Made by a program: the position numbers and the translations under genes. The notes beneath the pieces are model-generated. The model was not told the DNA's origin and did not search any database. It worked only from the letters and a program-made list of their open reading frames with translations. A DNA stretch of 64,000 bases from an uncultured Cytophagales bacterium (GTDB taxonomy: Bacteria; Bacteroidota; Bacteroidia; Cytophagales; 172606-1). How positions within the stretch are numbered: the stretch's first letter is position 1; every line of letters begins with the position of its first letter. Below, in pieces: positions 62,501 to 64,000 of this stretch. Location: the NCBI GenBank assembly GCA_902805615.1, contig CADCTQ010000208.1, positions 3,574-67,573 on the forward strand, written 5' to 3'.

Positions 62501-64000
62501 GCCGGTGCTCAACATCGCAGGCAGGCCCCCGTTGCACCAATTGCCGAGCAGGATTATTACGCGGTTTCTCACGCCCAGAAGCGGCTTTGGATCCTCGACC
62601 AGCTCGGCGGTAAACAGGCCGCCTACAATATACCCCTGTCCTACGTCATGAGAGGGCTGCGGCCGGAGCGGTTGGAGCAGGCATTCGCCGTGCTGTTGCA
62701 ACGGCACGAGAGCCTCCGGACCGTCTTCGTGCTCGTGGATGGGGAAGTAAAACAGCGGGTAAAACCATTCGGCATGCTGGCGCCCTGGCTTGAGCACCAT
62801 GATCTTACCGGCCGGGAGGACCGGGATTCGGTGGTAGCAACCCTGGCGGCTGCCGAAGTTGCCACGCCGTTTGACCTGGAGCAGGGCCCGCTGCTGAGGG
62901 TCAAGTTGCTACGGGTTGAAGAAGATGCCTTCGTCTTGTTGCTGACCCTGCATCACATCATCGCCGATGGCTGGTCGATGGATATGCTCGTGCGGGAGAT
63001 CCGGCAGTTGTACAATGCCGCCGCGGCCGGCGAAGCGCACCCTTTACCGGCTTTGTCGGTTCAATACCGGGATTACGCGGCGTGGCAGAACGCGCTGCTC
63101 AAACGGGGCGGGTTCGGCAGCATGGAATCTTTCTGGCTGGACCAGTTCGACGCACCGCATCACGGCGAGTTGCCCGGTGATTTCCCGAGGCCGGGCGTGC
63201 GGACCCACGCCGGCAAACGGCTGAATTTCACGCTGCCACCGGAAGGAAGCAAAAAGGTAATCGAGTGGGGACGGGAATTCGAAACAAGCACTTTTATCGT
63301 GCTGTTGGCCCTGGCAAACGTATTGTTGTACAAGTACACGGGTACCGCGACGGTGGTGGTAGGAACCCCGGTGGCCGGCCGGGACCAGCCGGAGCTGGAA
63401 AATCAGATCGGGCTTTACCTAAACACCATTGCCCTCAAAAATACGCTGCCCGAATCGGATCCGTTTGCCGACACGCTCCGGCAAGTGAAAGCCAGCACGA
63501 TCACTGCCTACGAAAACCAACTGTATCCTTTCGACCTGTTACTGGAAAGACTGGACTTCAAGTGGGAGCCCAGCCGGTCACCGTTGTTTGACGTACTGGT
63601 GACGTTTCAGGCCGCGGCCCCGCCGGATGCCCCCACCATGGAAGGGGTGACGATCACAAACTACCAAACCGCTACCCAGGCGGCCAAGTTCGACCTGACC
63701 CTCGACTTCATCGCGTCCGGTGACGATATCAGCCTGAGCGTTTCCTACAACACCGATCTGTTCACCAGGGGCCGGGTGGTAAAAATACCGCAACACTTCG
63801 CCCGGTTGATCGAAGATGCCGCCCGGCGGCCCGAAGCGGCGATCCGCGACCTGAACCCGTACGATGAGGAAGAACAGTTCATGATCAACCTGTTCGGCGG
63901 GGTGTCCCGGCAGTGCCCGTCCGGGGTAAACCTCGACGTGCATTTTACGGACGGCGGCAATGTAAGCGCCGGCGGGAAACAGATCATCGAAGCAATCCAC
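55844..64000 (+). CDS. NRPS-6 (3'-truncated by the window end; absent from the ORF track): dC-A-T-C-A(MT-like insert)-T-C-...
   Basis: Hand translation of the frame starting at ATG 55844 (MIKEEGLVNYDLAEDYWLKK...) runs 2719 codons to base 64000 with no stop. An in-frame ATG at 55808 is an alternative start. Motifs, in order:
- half C-like N-terminus
- A: YTSGTTGVPKGVLIRH, hand-extracted code DLTKLGHIGK (Asp-type)
- T: LGGNSLKG
- C: HHIVCDAWS
- A: YTSGSTGNPKGVMLEH, hand-extracted code DGGVVVAVYK (no match)
- T: LGGHSLKA
- C: HHIIADGWS. Confidence 0.93.
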   Translation, partial: MIKEEGLVNYDLAEDYWLKKVKNVEWRRLPVFHSGKAYGSGAGLEEFRFPFPPKLSAELRSKSKDTPSNVYLLLLTACNILLHKYWQHPDVLVATTGFADQEEDAAEDVLLFFRNSITDATTPRELLNNALDDLNLAYEHQRFDFESLVKTFTANEAGDLHALYQVGLVLMGFNRVNKNGLLDRLKLLFRIDQEDSGFGLSVQYDPVFFDRFIVQQMARNFIHLIGAAMKEIDQPVALLSAASPEEKLHLLGTPERITPLHPGWSVKELFEQHAAANPDGIALRAAEVRMTFRELNEHTNRIAHQLREQYQVMPGDFVAVISDRAHLAVIGMLSAIKSGAVFVPIPVEMPREQVAYVLRDTRAKVLLTDSRLLFHLTDLTQCELFALDLQVAAEADGRNPELSLSPEDPLYAIYTSGTTGVPKGVLIRHGALLNYVGWFTEKFGLTPQDRTVLLSSYGFDLGYTSIWGSLLNGAALHVVDNQTIKDPDRLVAYLTAHEITFIKLTPSLFFMLMQASNRHQLTTSKVRLVLLGGEEINVKIIADYKKLKGDTVFVNHYGPTEATIGCITHVIDDGELTQYQPQPVIGRPVKNASCYILDTHFQPVPVGVKGELCISGPGLAAGYLNQPELTNEKFVSNPFAKGEFLYRTGDLARWLPEGTIQFLGRGKGDEQVKIRGYRVELSEIKKVLEEHAAVRDSLLIVHQDSEGHKNIAAYVLTAAEPKELREYLTRHLPEYKVPAYLMKLDAIPLTPNGKINFKALPDPRQEAGRNHFQVPPQNKTEETLLEIWQQVLGRQYIGVTDDYFELGGNSLKGVLIINKMRSHFKRDLSVVDLFDFPTIRALAGHLLKEETGKARGAETGGEAGFGNAIRPVESSTYYEVSHAQKRLWIVSQLGNEGLAYIQPRAYVLNGELSVEALTKSFKTLVERHEVLRTTFVSVDGQPKQQVHPAASSGFAVKCVDIEKEPEAIQSETVRELVRQDATTLFDLQKGPLLRVMLVRKSAQCHVLLFTTHHIVCDAWSMQIIVDELSTLYGHYKKGGLFNPLPPLPIQYKDYAAWHNQQVIENADDAHKAYWIGQFASGITTLDLPTDYNRPLVKTVNGKTVRRVLNERHVAALKGIGNKQGASFFMTILATINALFNRYVNKEDIVIGVPVAGRYNADLNNQVGFYVNNLAIRTRFSSEESFEALLTNVKQRSLEAFRHQAYPYDLLVEDLDQQRDRSRNPLYDVVLLVEEAGDPALERSLEGIEIENFQTDFNVSWVDLRITVVERPGKAVINVDYNTDLFEESRIARLLTCYEVLVGSIVDAPGKALSAHAFLPADERALLTDAFNATRREFPVNDTIVDRFEDCVRKYPQGVAVCFGDERLTYDALNGLANRLAHHLIHNYGTRPNEVVGILLDRSVNAVISLLAVLKAGAAYTVIDPALPDSRKAYICSDLNVRSILTESQHLFQLSGIDAALFAVDIQLAQLEESPENPGRICSPSDLAYVIYTSGSTGNPKGVMLEHMGIVNLALWQQHAFNLTSQSRVLQMFSYSFDGAVGETFMALLNGATLCMADTTSLSAEGMMKFINEHRINVAVFVPSFLKQLDPEELRVPDCCIVSVGEVCTPELAAKWSRRCKFMNAYGPTEYSVYSHYNVVNPDTLSGKVPAVAIGGPIFNTASFVLDKNGEPVAIGLDGELYLSGVGIARGYVGKTSETLAKFVPNRFFLKDVCRDHGQVEMPESLAALASFRAACREKLPTSERWGCAIPDILSSECMPLYMNRLDADLQQEVNRILEGYLTNREGYQGYCRYFMEGFYGTYESCGMTGEVLRWILPFADFGGKKGIDFGFGNAEVMKTLAELGACMKGLDWSPYFVQNARRAGLDVHLGKIDQDLESLLDTCNLETGSFDFATSTLLLDRLEKPTHFISNLFTLLKVGGRFAIQTLLPVQSEDDGDNDPKIVYTAENNRITPGRNVEEDKWYLTQLLYEYGAGHIEICQIPYSVVSRDGLQDYQMWSFYGTKAEHAAPALRSRLSRMYKTGDVVRYLPNGHLQFLGRMDHQVKLRGFRIELGEVERAITEDPRIEDALVTAQHDQGQEQYLVAYVVPKEKIDFTALRERLANRLPGFMLPAYFVGIDKFPLTASGKINRNALPNPAAPAQRQHEGYVPPGTALEKQLATLWEQVLNKERIGLRDNFFLLGGHSLKAIQVISRGAKEFGIKLDLKDIFNNPTIAALAKIAGAQHRRQAPVAPIAEQDYYAVSHAQKRLWILDQLGGKQAAYNIPLSYVMRGLRPERLEQAFAVLLQRHESLRTVFVLVDGEVKQRVKPFGMLAPWLEHHDLTGREDRDSVVATLAAAEVATPFDLEQGPLLRVKLLRVEEDAFVLLLTLHHIIADGWSMDMLVREIRQLYNAAAAGEAHPLPALSVQYRDYAAWQNALLKRGGFGSMESFWLDQFDAPHHGELPGDFPRPGVRTHAGKRLNFTLPPEGSKKVIEWGREFETSTFIVLLALANVLLYKYTGTATVVVGTPVAGRDQPELENQIGLYLNTIALKNTLPESDPFADTLRQVKASTITAYENQLYPFDLLLERLDFKWEPSRSPLFDVLVTFQAAAPPDAPTMEGVTITNYQTATQAAKFDLTLDFIASGDDISLSVSYNTDLFTRGRVVKIPQHFARLIEDAARRPEAAIRDLNPYDEEEQFMINLFGGVSRQCPSGVNLDVHFTDGGNVSAGGKQIIEAIH
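60966..61890 (+). other. ~300-aa class-I methyltransferase-like insertion between A6 and A7 of the NRPS-6 second A domain
   Basis: A6 reads LYLSGVGIARGYVGKTSETLAKFVPNRF (ends ~60965). A7, MYKTGDVVRY, starts at 61895. Normal A6-A7 spacing is about 25-35 aa. The insert contains GKKGIDFGFGNAEV (motif-I-like), KGLDWSP (acidic residue after beta-2), SFDFATSTLLLDRL and LLKVGGRFAIQT (motif-III-like). Confidence 0.7.

Noticed and set aside
1-64000. Searched for a thioesterase domain, MbtH-like gene, PPTase, CRISPR repeats, tRNA/rRNA, and transposase or integrase.
   Set aside because: No GxSxG-type TE after any T domain, no small MbtH-like ORF, no spaced short repeats and no mobile-element ORFs were seen. 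The chain-release domain presumably lies beyond the 3' end of the window.
63850-64000. The last ~50 codons after the final C domain (NPYDEEEQFMINLFGGVSRQCPSGVNLDVHFTDGGNVSAGGKQIIEAIH) do not look like a typical C-A linker or A-domain start.
   Set aside because: There is too little sequence before the window ends to decide whether this is a divergent A-domain N-terminus or a different domain. It is noted but not called.

Overview
The window is almost entirely one same-strand (+), visibly GC-rich nonribosomal peptide synthetase (NRPS) gene cluster. Its accessory genes look Bacteroidota-like (an inference; no search was possible).

Six NRPS genes encode a fatty-acyl-AMP-ligase (FAAL)-ACP lipo-initiation unit, 14 complete modules and the start of a 15th. 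The sixth gene (55844 to the window end) is missing from the supplied ORF track because it has no stop codon inside the window. I translated it by hand and found no in-frame stop.

Domain strings read from core motifs:
- NRPS-1: FAAL-ACP-C-A-T-C-A-T-C-A-T-C
- NRPS-2: dC-A-T-C-A-T-E-C(DCL)-A-T
- NRPS-3: dock-C-A-T-C-A(FkbM-type MT)-T-C
- NRPS-4: C*-A-T-E
- NRPS-5: C(DCL)-A-T-C*-A-T-C-A-T-C
- NRPS-6: dC-A-T-C-A(MT-like insert)-T-C-...

A four-gene tailoring cassette sits between NRPS-3 and NRPS-4: a SET-domain protein, a CmlA-like diiron beta-hydroxylase, a NodU/CmcH carbamoyltransferase and a SyrP/TauD-like Fe/2OG dioxygenase. An 800-aa FtsX/MacB-type permease sits between NRPS-4 and NRPS-5.

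Most interesting points:
- a methyltransferase-like insertion at an unusual A6/A7 position in an adenylation domain
- an FkbM-type methyltransferase inserted A8/A9 in an Asx-type A domain
- a SET-domain gene next to an assembly line with two Lys-like modules
- proteins that end in a catalytic C domain, followed by proteins that start with truncated or degenerate C-like domains
- an internal C domain with HRxxxEG instead of HHxxxDG
- four Asp-type A domains

No thioesterase, MbtH-like gene, rRNA, tRNA, CRISPR array or transposase was seen. All specificity codes were extracted by eye and need tool confirmation.
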